Shown here: positions 45,799 to 55,586 of the stretch, one piece after another
Layout of the letters: every line of letters starts with the position of its first letter
Position numbering within the stretch: position 1 is the stretch's first letter
Source of the DNA: an uncultured bacterium
GTDB lineage: Bacteria > Patescibacteriota > Minisyncoccia > Moranbacterales > GWC2-37-73
Reading direction: 5' to 3'
Length of the DNA stretch: 64,000 bases
NCBI GenBank assembly: GCA_903885965.1
Contig: CAISKQ010000060.1
Span: forward strand, 21,220-85,219
Made by a program: the position numbers and the translations under genes
Notes under the pieces: model-generated
Told to the model about the DNA's origin: nothing
Database searches by the model: none
Seen by the model: only the letters and a program-made list of their open reading frames with translations

Positions 45799-46995
45799 CT
45801 ATTTGCTAAGTTGGTCATCTAAAACTTTTTTCACGTCATCATAAGTAGCTGCTGGTGTTTGCAAATCAGCTCCGACAAACATTGCAGGAGTTGCCTGAAT
45901 ACCAAAATCTTGACCATCTTTTTGCGAAGCAGCTATTTGATCCTTGAATTGCTTTGAATCAAAACATTTGCCAAATTCAGCCGCATTAAGTCCAAGACTT
46001 GCAGCGTAACCTTTGAAAGTTGAGCTACCATCTTTAAGCTTGCCCCAAGCATCTTGAGTTGCAAAAAGTTTATCAGCATATGCTAAGAATTTTCCTTGTG
46101 CGTTAGCACACTCTCCAGCCATTGCAGCCTGTGCTCCCTGAGCTGAAGATGCTGGGAAATAATTCTTAAACACAAACTGAATCTTATCACCATAGTCCTT
46201 AATCATTGGCGCAACAATTCCTTGATAGAATTTCTTGTCATCTGGATTCTGGAAATAATCAAATGACACAACTTTTACTTTTGCATCATCGCTGCCAATT
46301 TTAATATCCTTATCAGAGATTGTTGGGGCTACAAGATATTTCCCAACTGGAAAACCAGCCTCAGCCGATTTAATAGCATATGCATCTCCTTGTTGGTCTA
46401 AAAATGGCTCCGCCTTTGCAAATAATTCTGTCTTTTCTACCTCTTTAGAGAAGATAAAAGCTGGAATTGTTTTAAGTTTAAATTGAGCAACTAATTTTTT
46501 TCCCTCGGCTGAATTTACGTCAATTTTTTCAGTTAGCATGGTTGGAAGTGCACCTTTTAAGCCAACCAACACTTCGTCTGGCTTGCAAGCATCTCCACAC
46601 GCTTCATCGCTAACAACTTTAATTGTCACCATAGGCTCAGTATAAGCCACCCAAGTCTTGCCACTTGATTGGAAAACATCGGTGCTATTAAGAGCTTTCT
46701 GAGAAAAACCTCCGCCGCGTGCCAACTGAATCACATCAACAAACAAACTACCAACAAACAAACCTGTCAGCAAAATCACCATTGAAATCAGATTTTTGAT
46801 TTTGTGATTTTTTTCATCAATTGAATCAATCAAAACTTCTTCCACTGATTGATCGGGGTCAACAAAAATTTCTTCTTCATGTTTGCTGAGTTCTTCTTTC
46901 AAAATTTCAGCCTCCCTAATTTCTTTTTCATCCATATTTTTAATTTTAGGTATTAGCTTCTCAGGCATTAGCTTTTTAGGCAATGCATTCATCAA
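45799..46995 (-). CDS. Membrane-anchored DsbA-family thiol-disulfide oxidoreductase.
   Basis: N-terminal TM; AAMAGECANAQGKFLAYADKLFATQDAW resembles the DsbA/BdbD helical-insert region; ACGDAC Cys pair. Confidence 0.55.
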   Translation of the reverse strand: MMNALPKKLMPEKLIPKIKNMDEKEIREAEILKEELSKHEEEIFVDPDQSVEEVLIDSIDEKNHKIKNLISMVILLTGLFVGSLFVDVIQLARGGGFSQKALNSTDVFQSSGKTWVAYTEPMVTIKVVSDEACGDACKPDEVLVGLKGALPTMLTEKIDVNSAEGKKLVAQFKLKTIPAFIFSKEVEKTELFAKAEPFLDQQGDAYAIKSAEAGFPVGKYLVAPTISDKDIKIGSDDAKVKVVSFDYFQNPDDKKFYQGIVAPMIKDYGDKIQFVFKNYFPASSAQGAQAAMAGECANAQGKFLAYADKLFATQDAWGKLKDGSSTFKGYAASLGLNAAEFGKCFDSKQFKDQIAASQKDGQDFGIQATPAMFVGADLQTPAATYDDVKKVLDDQLSK

Positions 46996-47090
46996 AACTT
47001 AAACCTATTTAAAAAAATTATTTATTCGATTTATTATTAAAAAAAATAAATTCTTAACAAATCCAAACTAAAAAGCTAAAGCCTAAAAAG

Positions 47091-47591
47091 CTAGTTTTGT
47101 TGCTGATTACTATCCTGCACCGCTTGTTGTTTTTGAGCTGCATTTTGCACAGTCTGTTGCTGAGCTGCTTGCCGCAAAAGATTACTCTTGAGTTCGGCAA
47201 TATTGTAGCGCTGCACTTTAGCAGGAATCTGATAGTCATTAAAACCAATCGTGATTTTTTTCACCGCTTCAGTTTTGACTGTGATGCCGATTAGGATTCC
47301 AAGAATAAAAAACAAAGAGAGTTCAAAAACCAAATCTTTCTTTTTCTTCTTTGCTAAATCTTGTTGACTTTGAAATTTTTCAACTTTTATTTCAACCTGT
47401 CGAACTTCTTCAGTTTTTTCTTTTTCATTTTCAGTCTCAAAAATCATTTCAAAAGACTCCTGTTCTTCAGATGACTCTTGATTGTATTCTTTTTCCAATT
47501 CAAATTCCATTTTTTCCAATTGCTCTTCCCTTTTTTTATCCAAGTGCATAGGCCTATTTTTATTGGTTAATTTACATCCATAGCTTACCAC
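47091..47591 (-). CDS. Hypothetical single-TM protein with an acidic N-terminus and a Gln-rich C-terminus.
   Basis: ORF only. Confidence 0.4.
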   Translation of the reverse strand: MVSYGCKLTNKNRPMHLDKKREEQLEKMEFELEKEYNQESSEEQESFEMIFETENEKEKTEEVRQVEIKVEKFQSQQDLAKKKKKDLVFELSLFFILGILIGITVKTEAVKKITIGFNDYQIPAKVQRYNIAELKSNLLRQAAQQQTVQNAAQKQQAVQDSNQQQN

Positions 47592-47764
47592 AACCCCATG
47601 AAACCTACAACTTGCGCAGTTTTTTGATTTATTGTCTAATAAATTTACCCCTTTCCCCTAATTCTACCAATAAGAAAAACCTACGAATCCACAAATCAGC
47701 TACAAATCTACAAATAGAAAAAATTACATTTATAACAATATAACCATATAACAATTTTGTATTT

Positions 47765-49024
47765 TTATTCCTTCCTTAGTGCCTCCATCGGCGAAAGCTG
47801 GGAAGCCTTGTAGGCAGGATAAAAGCCAAAGATAATTCCGGTTGCCATGGAAAAACCAGTGGCAAGGGCAATTGAACCAAAAGTGACTGGGAAGTTAATG
47901 TTAAAACCGAAAAAGCTACTAATAAAATACGAAGCACCGAAAGAAATAAGATAGCCAAAAATAATTCCAACAACCCCACCAATCAAAGTAATAAAAACCG
48001 CCTCCAACAAAAATTGATTACGAATATCAGCCGCAGTTGCGCCAACGGCCTTACGAAGTCCAATTTCAAAAGTTCGCTCCACTACTGCCACATACATCAC
48101 ATTCATGATTCCGACTCCGCCGACGACCAGTGAAATTGATGTTAAGGCCAAAAGTAAAATATTAATCGTTCCAAAAACATCTCCAATAATTTTTTGTGCT
48201 TCTTGAATAGTTGAAACCGAAAAATCCTCTTGATCGGACTTATATGTTTTATGTTGACGCTTAAGCACATCAGCAACATCAGCTGCTGTAACATCAATCA
48301 AATTCGCATCTTTCACTTTCAGTGTAATCATTCGCACATAATCAATACCTAAAATTTTCTTTTGAAGCGTTTGCACTGGCATATATATCAACTCATCATA
48401 ATTGAAAAATGTCACGGCTCCTCTTTTTTCAAGCACTCCAATAACTCGAAAGTTCAAACCTTTAACTTTAATTGTTTTGCCAACCGCATCGTCACTACCA
48501 AACAATGTGTCCTTAACATCACTGCCAATCACGACGACTTGAGACAAACCATTATCATCTCCTTGGGAATAAAAAGTTCCTTGCGCAATTTTTGTAGCAC
48601 TATCAATGAATGGATAATCAGCGCCAGCCCCAAAAATCATTACTTGTTTATTTTGATCTTGATAGCTTGCCAACCCTTGTCCGATGTTCACCGGAGCAAA
48701 CTTATCAACATTAGGAATTTTTTTGATTGCCTCTCCATCAGCGATTTTCAATGTTGTAATTTGGATTCCCTGTGCTTGCCCCGTGGCATTAGCAGAAGAT
48801 GTTTTGCCGGTTGCTGGGACTTTTGTCTCAACCTGAATAATATCATTTCCAAAGCTCCCAATTTGCCCCAGGATATATTCCTTCACGCCTTGGCCACTTG
48901 AAGTCACTACAATAACCGACAAAATTCCAATCACAATTCCCACCAATGTCAAAACTGTCCGACCCTTATTGATGGTCAGACTCCGTGAGGCTAATTTAAT
49001 TGGCAAAAATAATTGCTTAAACAT
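47765..49024 (-). CDS. MacB/FtsX-type ABC transporter permease.
   Basis: N-terminal TM, large periplasmic domain, 3 C-terminal TM helices (MacB_PCD-like). Confidence 0.75.
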   Translation of the reverse strand: MFKQLFLPIKLASRSLTINKGRTVLTLVGIVIGILSVIVVTSSGQGVKEYILGQIGSFGNDIIQVETKVPATGKTSSANATGQAQGIQITTLKIADGEAIKKIPNVDKFAPVNIGQGLASYQDQNKQVMIFGAGADYPFIDSATKIAQGTFYSQGDDNGLSQVVVIGSDVKDTLFGSDDAVGKTIKVKGLNFRVIGVLEKRGAVTFFNYDELIYMPVQTLQKKILGIDYVRMITLKVKDANLIDVTAADVADVLKRQHKTYKSDQEDFSVSTIQEAQKIIGDVFGTINILLLALTSISLVVGGVGIMNVMYVAVVERTFEIGLRKAVGATAADIRNQFLLEAVFITLIGGVVGIIFGYLISFGASYFISSFFGFNINFPVTFGSIALATGFSMATGIIFGFYPAYKASQLSPMEALRKE

Positions 49025-49070
49025 AACTCAAATAAAAAATGTAAATCTTAAAAACCTAAAGCCTGAAAAA

Positions 49071-50312
49071 CTATTCGTACCGTAGCGCTTCCATTGGTGA
49101 AATTCGCGAAGCCTTGCGGGCAGGATAAAGACCAAACAAAATCCCAATCAAAATTGAAACGGATGTGGCAATTCCAACAGAGCTAGGTGAAATAATAAAA
49201 TCCCAGCTATACCCTAATGCATTAATAATAACGGATGCCAGTAGCGAAATCAGAATTCCAAAAATAATTCCAATAATTCCGCCCAGCAAGGTTAGAAAAA
49301 TCGATTCTATTAGGAACTGCAAAATGATATGCCGCGACCTAGCGCCAACCGCTTTGCGCAATCCAATTTCGCGAATGCGCTGATTAACTGAAATGAGCAT
49401 AATATTCATAATCCCAATTCCTCCAACCAAAAGCGAAATCGCAGCGATTCCAGTCAAAAAATATTTCAAAACATTGGTTATGTTAGTGATAGTTGCAATT
49501 GCTTGAGCGGTGTTTCGAACAGAAAAATCATCATCAACTTTATTTTTAATTCTATGCTGAATTCGCAATGCATATTCAACATCAACAGTAGCCCTGTCCA
49601 TATTGTCAGCAGAATCAACTTTGATTCGCATAAAGTTAACATGATCTATTCCAAGCAAAATTTTCTGCGCAGTTTCAAGTGGTATGTAAGTCAAATTATC
49701 CGTGTTTGTTATTCCACTTGCTCCTCTTTTTTCAAAAAGACCAATCACTGTAAAATTCGTGTCCTTAAGAGAGAAAACTTTTCCAATTGGATCATCACTA
49801 CCGAAAAGCAACGTTGCTTGGTCTGGACCCAAGACTGCCACCCGGGCAAGTCCAGCCTCTTCTTCTTTCGTAAAGAATCTGCCTGATTTAAGTGTAACAC
49901 TTTCCACATCCGGGAAGCTTGCTGAAACACCTTGAAAACTTGCTTCATTTGAATTGTTTTTATACTTTGCCGCCGCAATTCCGCTAACATAGGCGCAACC
50001 ATTGATTGCGCTTGGTACATTCTTTTTTTGAAGAATTGCTTGCAGGTCAGCTTCTTTCAATGTTGTAACCACGATTCCAAGTGCCGAAGCTGGCGGCCCT
50101 TTACTGTCAGATGCTCCCGGAAGGACACCAATCAAATTAGAACCAATCCCGGAAACCTGATTCAAAATAAGTTGCTGAGCACTAGCACCAATTGCCATCA
50201 CAATGATAACTGAAGCAATTCCAATAATAATTCCCAAAATCGTCAAAAAACTGCGGAACTTTGCCGCCATCAAGTTGGTATAAGAAATTTTTATTGGAGA
50301 ACTTAATTTCAT
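49071..50312 (-). CDS. MacB/FtsX-type ABC transporter permease (second copy).
   Basis: Same architecture as 47765..49024. Confidence 0.75.
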   Translation of the reverse strand: MKLSSPIKISYTNLMAAKFRSFLTILGIIIGIASVIIVMAIGASAQQLILNQVSGIGSNLIGVLPGASDSKGPPASALGIVVTTLKEADLQAILQKKNVPSAINGCAYVSGIAAAKYKNNSNEASFQGVSASFPDVESVTLKSGRFFTKEEEAGLARVAVLGPDQATLLFGSDDPIGKVFSLKDTNFTVIGLFEKRGASGITNTDNLTYIPLETAQKILLGIDHVNFMRIKVDSADNMDRATVDVEYALRIQHRIKNKVDDDFSVRNTAQAIATITNITNVLKYFLTGIAAISLLVGGIGIMNIMLISVNQRIREIGLRKAVGARSRHIILQFLIESIFLTLLGGIIGIIFGILISLLASVIINALGYSWDFIISPSSVGIATSVSILIGILFGLYPARKASRISPMEALRYE

Positions 50313-50324
50313 GAAAATTTAAAA

Positions 50325-51068
50325 TTATTTCAACAGTGTTCCTTCTCCATCGGCAATCAAACGATCCTTGACAAGCTCATCAGAAACGATTTGCCCATCT
50401 TTCATGTTCAAGATCCGCTTAGCATGCCGAGCTGTATAAGTTTCATGCGTCACCAAAATTACAGTGTGCCCAGCGTCATTGAGTTTTTGCAAAATCTTCA
50501 TCACAGCCAAACCTGATTTTGAATCCAAATTTCCAGTTGGCTCATCGGCAAAAATAATTTCTGGATTATTTACCAGCGCTCGCGCAATTGCCACTCGCTG
50601 TTTTTCTCCGCCAGAGAGCTGATTGGAAAGATAATCCGTGCGATGACTCATGCCAACTGCATCTAAGGCTTTAGTAATTTTTTCCTTATTGCTTATTTCC
50701 AAATGATCCTCATCATACAAAAGCGGTAGCTCCGTGTTCTCATAAACAGAAGTCCTAGGCAAAAGATTGAAAGACTGAAAAACAAAACCAATTTTCTTGT
50801 TACGAATTTTTGCCAACTCGTCATCGGAATATTGAGTGATATTTTTACCTTCCAATAAATAAATTCCTTCAGTCGGACGATCAAGCATGCCCAAGATTTG
50901 CATCAAAGTTGATTTTCCAGAGCCAGACGGACCCATGATTGAAATAAACTCACCTTTTTGAATTTCAAAACTCACATCAAAAAGCACTGGAGTTTTCACT
51001 CCTTCAGTTTCATAGGTCTTGCTTAAATTTTGAACAGAAATTAAAGGCATATTATTTTGTCGCCACAA
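50325..51068 (-). CDS. ABC transporter ATP-binding protein (MacB/LolD-like).
   Basis: GPSGSGKSTLMQIL, LSGGEKQRVAIARAL, IIFADEPTGNLD. Confidence 0.85.
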   Translation of the reverse strand: MWRQNNMPLISVQNLSKTYETEGVKTPVLFDVSFEIQKGEFISIMGPSGSGKSTLMQILGMLDRPTEGIYLLEGKNITQYSDDELAKIRNKKIGFVFQSFNLLPRTSVYENTELPLLYDEDHLEISNKEKITKALDAVGMSHRTDYLSNQLSGGEKQRVAIARALVNNPEIIFADEPTGNLDSKSGLAVMKILQKLNDAGHTVILVTHETYTARHAKRILNMKDGQIVSDELVKDRLIADGEGTLLK

Positions 51069-52368
51069 ACGTCACCACCCTTTCACCACCCTTGAGTCCT
51101 GATTTTATTTCGACCATACCATCATCACCTTCCAATCCTGTTTCAACTTTGACAGTTTTCACAGTATTATCAACTTGCAAAATATCCACTGTCTTTCCAT
51201 TGTTTGAATCAGTCTTGATTGCGCGAACAGGAATGCTAAGCACGTCATTTTTTTCTGCAGTTTTAATATCAATATTTGCACTCATGCCTGGTTTGATCCG
51301 AACATCAATGTTATTTAGCTTTAATTTTATTTGATAATAAACAACATCTTGAATTGTGGTCGAAGCCGGGTCAATTTCAATCACCTCTCCATCATAAATA
51401 TCCTCCGAAGTCAAAGAATCGAAAGTTATTTTTGAATGTTGACCAAGTTTTAATTTCACGATGTCAGATTCTGGGACTTTTGATTCAATAATCATATCCA
51501 AAGACATTACCCGAGAAAAAGTTTCCTTGATAACTCCAGTTCCCAAAATTTCACCAGGCTTATTATTAACCTCAGTGATAATTCCATTAACAGGAGAGAC
51601 CAGCGTTGCCTTTGCAAGATTAAGCGCAGCTTGATCATAAGTTGCTCTTGCGCCGGCCACGGCTGCGTTTCTCGAGGCTTTTGCAAAATCAGATTCAACT
51701 GTTTTAACTTTTGCGCTAGCACTATCAATTGTGTTTTGAGCATTTACTTTCGAAAGATCAGACTGTTCTTGTACCGTTTTTAAAGATTCCTTAGCTGAAT
51801 TTAAACTATTTTCAGCTGCGGTCAGGGTTGGTTTTGTTTGAAGCTTTATTGCACCATCGCTCAAGCTGTCATAATATGCTGACATATCATCATAATATTT
51901 TTGCGCATTATCAACCGCTTTTCTCGCAGCTGAAATGTTTTGATCATTCAGGGATTTTGTCTGACTAAGGGTATCCTCAGCGTTACTTTTTGCAACTTTC
52001 GCCTCCCGCAGAGTGTCACTATTAGAACCAGCATTGGCAATTGCTTGATCAAGACCAGCTTGAGCCTGGGCCATCTGTTTTTGAAGTGTCGCATCAGTTA
52101 GGGTTGCAATTTTGTCCCCTGCGGCAACCTTATCACTGGTTTTGACAAAAACATTGCTCACCCTGCCGCCTAGTTCAAAATTGAGAGTAATTTCATCTTT
52201 TGCAACTAAGTCGCCAGTAACTGAAACTGTTTGTGCCAGTGTTCCCTTAACCACATCCGCAGCTGTATAGGTAGTCACTGTTTTTTTGCTTTTAAAATAA
52301 AAAACAATTCCGCCAACGATAACGACAGAGATCACAATCCAAATTATCCATTTTTTTGCTTTTTTCAT
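51052..52368 (-). CDS. Efflux periplasmic adaptor subunit (HlyD/MacA family).
   Basis: N-terminal TM, long coiled-coil, C-terminal beta-barrel domains. Confidence 0.75.
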   Translation of the reverse strand: MKKAKKWIIWIVISVVIVGGIVFYFKSKKTVTTYTAADVVKGTLAQTVSVTGDLVAKDEITLNFELGGRVSNVFVKTSDKVAAGDKIATLTDATLQKQMAQAQAGLDQAIANAGSNSDTLREAKVAKSNAEDTLSQTKSLNDQNISAARKAVDNAQKYYDDMSAYYDSLSDGAIKLQTKPTLTAAENSLNSAKESLKTVQEQSDLSKVNAQNTIDSASAKVKTVESDFAKASRNAAVAGARATYDQAALNLAKATLVSPVNGIITEVNNKPGEILGTGVIKETFSRVMSLDMIIESKVPESDIVKLKLGQHSKITFDSLTSEDIYDGEVIEIDPASTTIQDVVYYQIKLKLNNIDVRIKPGMSANIDIKTAEKNDVLSIPVRAIKTDSNNGKTVDILQVDNTVKTVKVETGLEGDDGMVEIKSGLKGGERVVTFVATK

Positions 52369-52377
52369 ATTTGTTTC

Positions 52378-52490
52378 AAACTTTTGTCATACTGAACCTG
52401 CCTGCCCGCCTTTGGAGGGTTTCAGCATCTACTTCCTTTGCATAAGATAACTTCCTGCATGCAAGATCCTGAACTAAATTCAGGATGACA
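52378..52490. repeat. Paired palindromic hairpins (REP/BIME-like), locus C. The first hairpin carries a GC-rich 20-nt loop insert.
   Basis: gtcATACTGAAcctgcctgcccgcctttggagggTTTCAGCATc and gATCCTGAActaaaTTCAGGATgac. Confidence 0.65.
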
Positions 52491-52514
52491 AAAAATATAT
52501 TTACAATTTATTTT

Positions 52515-52976
52515 TTAAAAAAGAAAGTTCTGATTTACTTCTCCGTCCAATGCTTCATTAACTAAAGCGTCAGCAATTTTGTTCTTTTCGCGCAGCACAT
52601 GCGTAAAGGTTACCTTTTCAAACTCCAACATCAAGTTCCAAATTTCAATGAAATATTGCTGAATGCGGGGCTCTTTAAGCTTATACTCATGGCCGAGCTG
52701 TTTTACAACCAACTCGCTATCCAAAAAACAATTAATCGTTGCTTGTTTGGCTGAAATATTGCCCAGTAATTGCTTTAATTTTTTCAACCCAAAAATAAGC
52801 GCTTCATATTCTGCGTCATTGTTGGTTTTTATTCCAATACATTGCCCATATTTCCACTCCGCAACTTCTCCGCCAGAGGCCGCTTTATCCTTGACTGAAA
52901 TATACACACCAATTCCAGCCGGTCCCGGATTGCCTCGCGATCCGCCATCCGTGAACATGATAATTTCCTTTGCCAT
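52515..52976 (-). CDS. rnhA: Ribonuclease HI.
   Basis: FTDGGSRGNPGPAGIGV, EYEALIFGL, RNase H fold DEDD residues. Confidence 0.85.
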   Translation of the reverse strand: MAKEIIMFTDGGSRGNPGPAGIGVYISVKDKAASGGEVAEWKYGQCIGIKTNNDAEYEALIFGLKKLKQLLGNISAKQATINCFLDSELVVKQLGHEYKLKEPRIQQYFIEIWNLMLEFEKVTFTHVLREKNKIADALVNEALDGEVNQNFLF

Positions 52977-53317
52977 GATTTCACAAGTTTAAATCTTATA
53001 TTTTCATTCTAGCATTTTAAATACATTAGAGCAATAAAAAAAGCAACAAAATAAAAAGGTTTCAGGGGTCATACGCAACACATGGTTCCAACCAAGGACT
53101 ATTTCTGAATTTTTACGAGCTTGTTTGCTTTTTAGACCACTGCGAGCAACAGCGAACTGCGAGCGATTGGCTATAACTCCTAGCCAAAGGAGCGCGCCCA
53201 AAAAGTAAACAAGGGAAGTAAAAATTTCTAACTTAGCTTCCAAGAACCATAAACTGCGTATGACCCAAGACTTGTCTCTTAATATTTCAATAAAGAAGGG
53301 GCTAATGCACTTACAGC

Positions 53318-54541
53318 CTATCCCTTCGATAAAGTTATTTCAACTATTTCAGAGTGCTTTTCAGTTCGCATTGGTGTTCCCCACGCGCCAAGCCCACAAG
53401 AAGTATAGATTGAAAAATTGCCTTTTTTCTTCAAACCATAGTCATAACCTCCAAACATAAATCGCGTAACAATTCCAAATGGAAAGAGCTGACCCTTGTG
53501 AGTGTGCCCAGAAAGCATAAGAGAAATGCCAAGCCTTCGGATCTTCCCCACTTGAGTTGGCGTATGCCAAAGCAAAATACTTGGCTTTGATTGCTTGAAA
53601 TTTGAAATCTTTTTAATAGCCCTTACCACACTTAATTTTTCTGAATGCTTAGGATACTCAATTCCGATAAATTGAAGTCCGTCAACTAGTTTAATTTGAT
53701 TTCTCAAGCAAGTGATTTTTGTTTTACCCAAAACCTTAAAGGTCTCATTCAGACCCAAATAGGTTTCATGATTACCAGAAGCATAAAAAATCCCTTGTGG
53801 CGCTTTAAGCAGATTGAGCGGCTCGATAAAGACATCCACATGGCCATCCGTGCCGTCAAAAAGATCCCCGGTTATAACAATAGCATCCGGATTCAAAGAA
53901 TTTATCCTTTTTGCCACTTCACGCATATAGTCGACATGATATATATGTCCTAAGTGAACGTCAGATATTTGTACAATTTTTTTGCCAATCCAAACCTTAG
54001 GCAGATTATTAATGGAAACATTAATCTTTTTTACAACCGGAGTAAAAGCGTTAACAATGCCATATAGAGAATATATAGCTGCGCCAATAATTGCGAGACT
54101 TCCGATTTTTCTCTCGCTAGGATCAAAACCTGCAAGTTGACTTGCAAAAACAACCAACCAACCAAAGGCAAAGAACAGCAAAATATTGATCATGAAACCC
54201 ACCCACACACCAGAAAAGAAATAATATTTCCTATTAAAATGATTATCCCAGCGATGCGCTAGTAAGGTTGAAATCATTATACTGAAGCCCAAAAAAGAAC
54301 CCAACATGACCAATAGCCAGATTAGGATATTCTTTTCATACGGCTGAGAAAAGGGGAAAAAATGCGCCACAGAAAAATAGACCGCCACATGAGCAGCTAT
54401 ATAGGAAGGAAAAACCAGCAAAAAAACAACACTGGATTTTAGAATTTTTCTCACTTTATTTAACATCTGACAATTATAGCATATCTGCGTATCCTGACCA
54501 CACCAAAAAGATATCACACAGAACATCAAAAAACTTAGCAT
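53318..54541 (-). CDS. Membrane-anchored calcineurin-like metallophosphoesterase.
   Basis: N-terminal TM helices; DVHLGH, GDLFDG, GNHE, GHTH motifs. Confidence 0.75.
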   Translation of the reverse strand: MLSFLMFCVISFWCGQDTQICYNCQMLNKVRKILKSSVVFLLVFPSYIAAHVAVYFSVAHFFPFSQPYEKNILIWLLVMLGSFLGFSIMISTLLAHRWDNHFNRKYYFFSGVWVGFMINILLFFAFGWLVVFASQLAGFDPSERKIGSLAIIGAAIYSLYGIVNAFTPVVKKINVSINNLPKVWIGKKIVQISDVHLGHIYHVDYMREVAKRINSLNPDAIVITGDLFDGTDGHVDVFIEPLNLLKAPQGIFYASGNHETYLGLNETFKVLGKTKITCLRNQIKLVDGLQFIGIEYPKHSEKLSVVRAIKKISNFKQSKPSILLWHTPTQVGKIRRLGISLMLSGHTHKGQLFPFGIVTRFMFGGYDYGLKKKGNFSIYTSCGLGAWGTPMRTEKHSEIVEITLSKG

Positions 54542-54614
54542 TTAAGTTAAAAAATAAAACATCATTACTGATGTTTTAAAATAACCTAATTACTGCAAAT
54601 TTTTTACATGAAAA

Positions 54615-55148
54615 TTATGATTGCCCTTTAAATGCAACAGTTGCTGGTTGCAGACTAATCACTGGCAATGGCTGACAAATTTCTGCATAGCCATGCACTG
54701 TAATAGTTATTGGTTTTTTTGCTGAAGATGCTTTAATATTTTCATTCACTTTATCTGTTGGGTCAATCAGCTTAACATTAAAGCTTGTTTCTGCTTCATT
54801 TGGCTGATAATTCACGACTGGCAATTTTGAAACATCACTTTTCTTGATTGCAATAACAATTCCATCCTTGTCCTGCGAGACAAATTGACCTTCAATTTGC
54901 ACATCCCCATCATAATAATGAGGCTGACAACTATTATCGGCGGCGACATTCTCAGTGTCAACCACCTGCGCAGGAGCACGCTTAACTGGAATTACAACAG
55001 TATCATTTTTCTGCTCTTCAATAGTTAACTCTGCAATTTTTCTGGCATTCCTAATCCAAATAATTCCACCAATAATAATAGCAACCAACAAAATAATCAT
55101 AATTGCAAATTCGCTGGCAATACCATTGTCTTTATTTTTTTTACGCAT
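54615..55148 (-). CDS. Hypothetical single-TM protein.
   Basis: ORF only. Confidence 0.4.
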   Translation of the reverse strand: MRKKNKDNGIASEFAIMIILLVAIIIGGIIWIRNARKIAELTIEEQKNDTVVIPVKRAPAQVVDTENVAADNSCQPHYYDGDVQIEGQFVSQDKDGIVIAIKKSDVSKLPVVNYQPNEAETSFNVKLIDPTDKVNENIKASSAKKPITITVHGYAEICQPLPVISLQPATVAFKGQS

Positions 55149-55204
55149 ACTTTTTTATTTTTAGACAATTCACGGAAAATAAATTATTTTATATTTTTTA
55201 TTAT

Positions 55205-55300
55205 CTAGCGACGATAACAAAAGGTTTAATACCTTAAGGATTGTCCACCTCGGCGAGCCTCGGACGAGACGGGCCTCTTAAGCCTTGGGGTATTAAATAC
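55205..55300. other. GC-rich structured element in an AT-rich spacer. GGTTTAATACC...GGTATTAAATACC arms enclose a GC-rich core; possible bidirectional terminator or small RNA.
   Basis: aaaggtttaataccttaaggattgtccacctcggcgagcctcggacgagacgggcctcttaagccttggggtattaaataccctttt. Confidence 0.35.
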
Positions 55301-55308
55301 CCTTTTTA

Positions 55309-55500
55309 TTATTGGTACATACTAGTTATCGAACTCATTAGAGACGGCAGAATGAAAATAACTGCTACTAGAGGAAGAAGAACCGTAACCGCTGTTATGA
55401 TTAATGTCCACATAAAATACTTCCTCAATTTTTCAACTGAGATATAAATTGCATCAATCTTTGCCTGTTGCTCCTGGATTTTTTTTAAGATTTCTTCCAT
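55309..55500 (-). CDS. Small hypothetical TM protein.
   Basis: 63 aa, one hydrophobic helix; ORF only. Confidence 0.3.
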   Translation of the reverse strand: MEEILKKIQEQQAKIDAIYISVEKLRKYFMWTLIITAVTVLLPLVAVIFILPSLMSSITSMYQ

Positions 55501-55586
55501 GTTTAAAATTATAGCACGTTTTCAAAATTTGCGCAAAAAAAAACGCTGCCAAATTGAAGGCAGCGTTTTTTATTTCGAAAGAAAAT

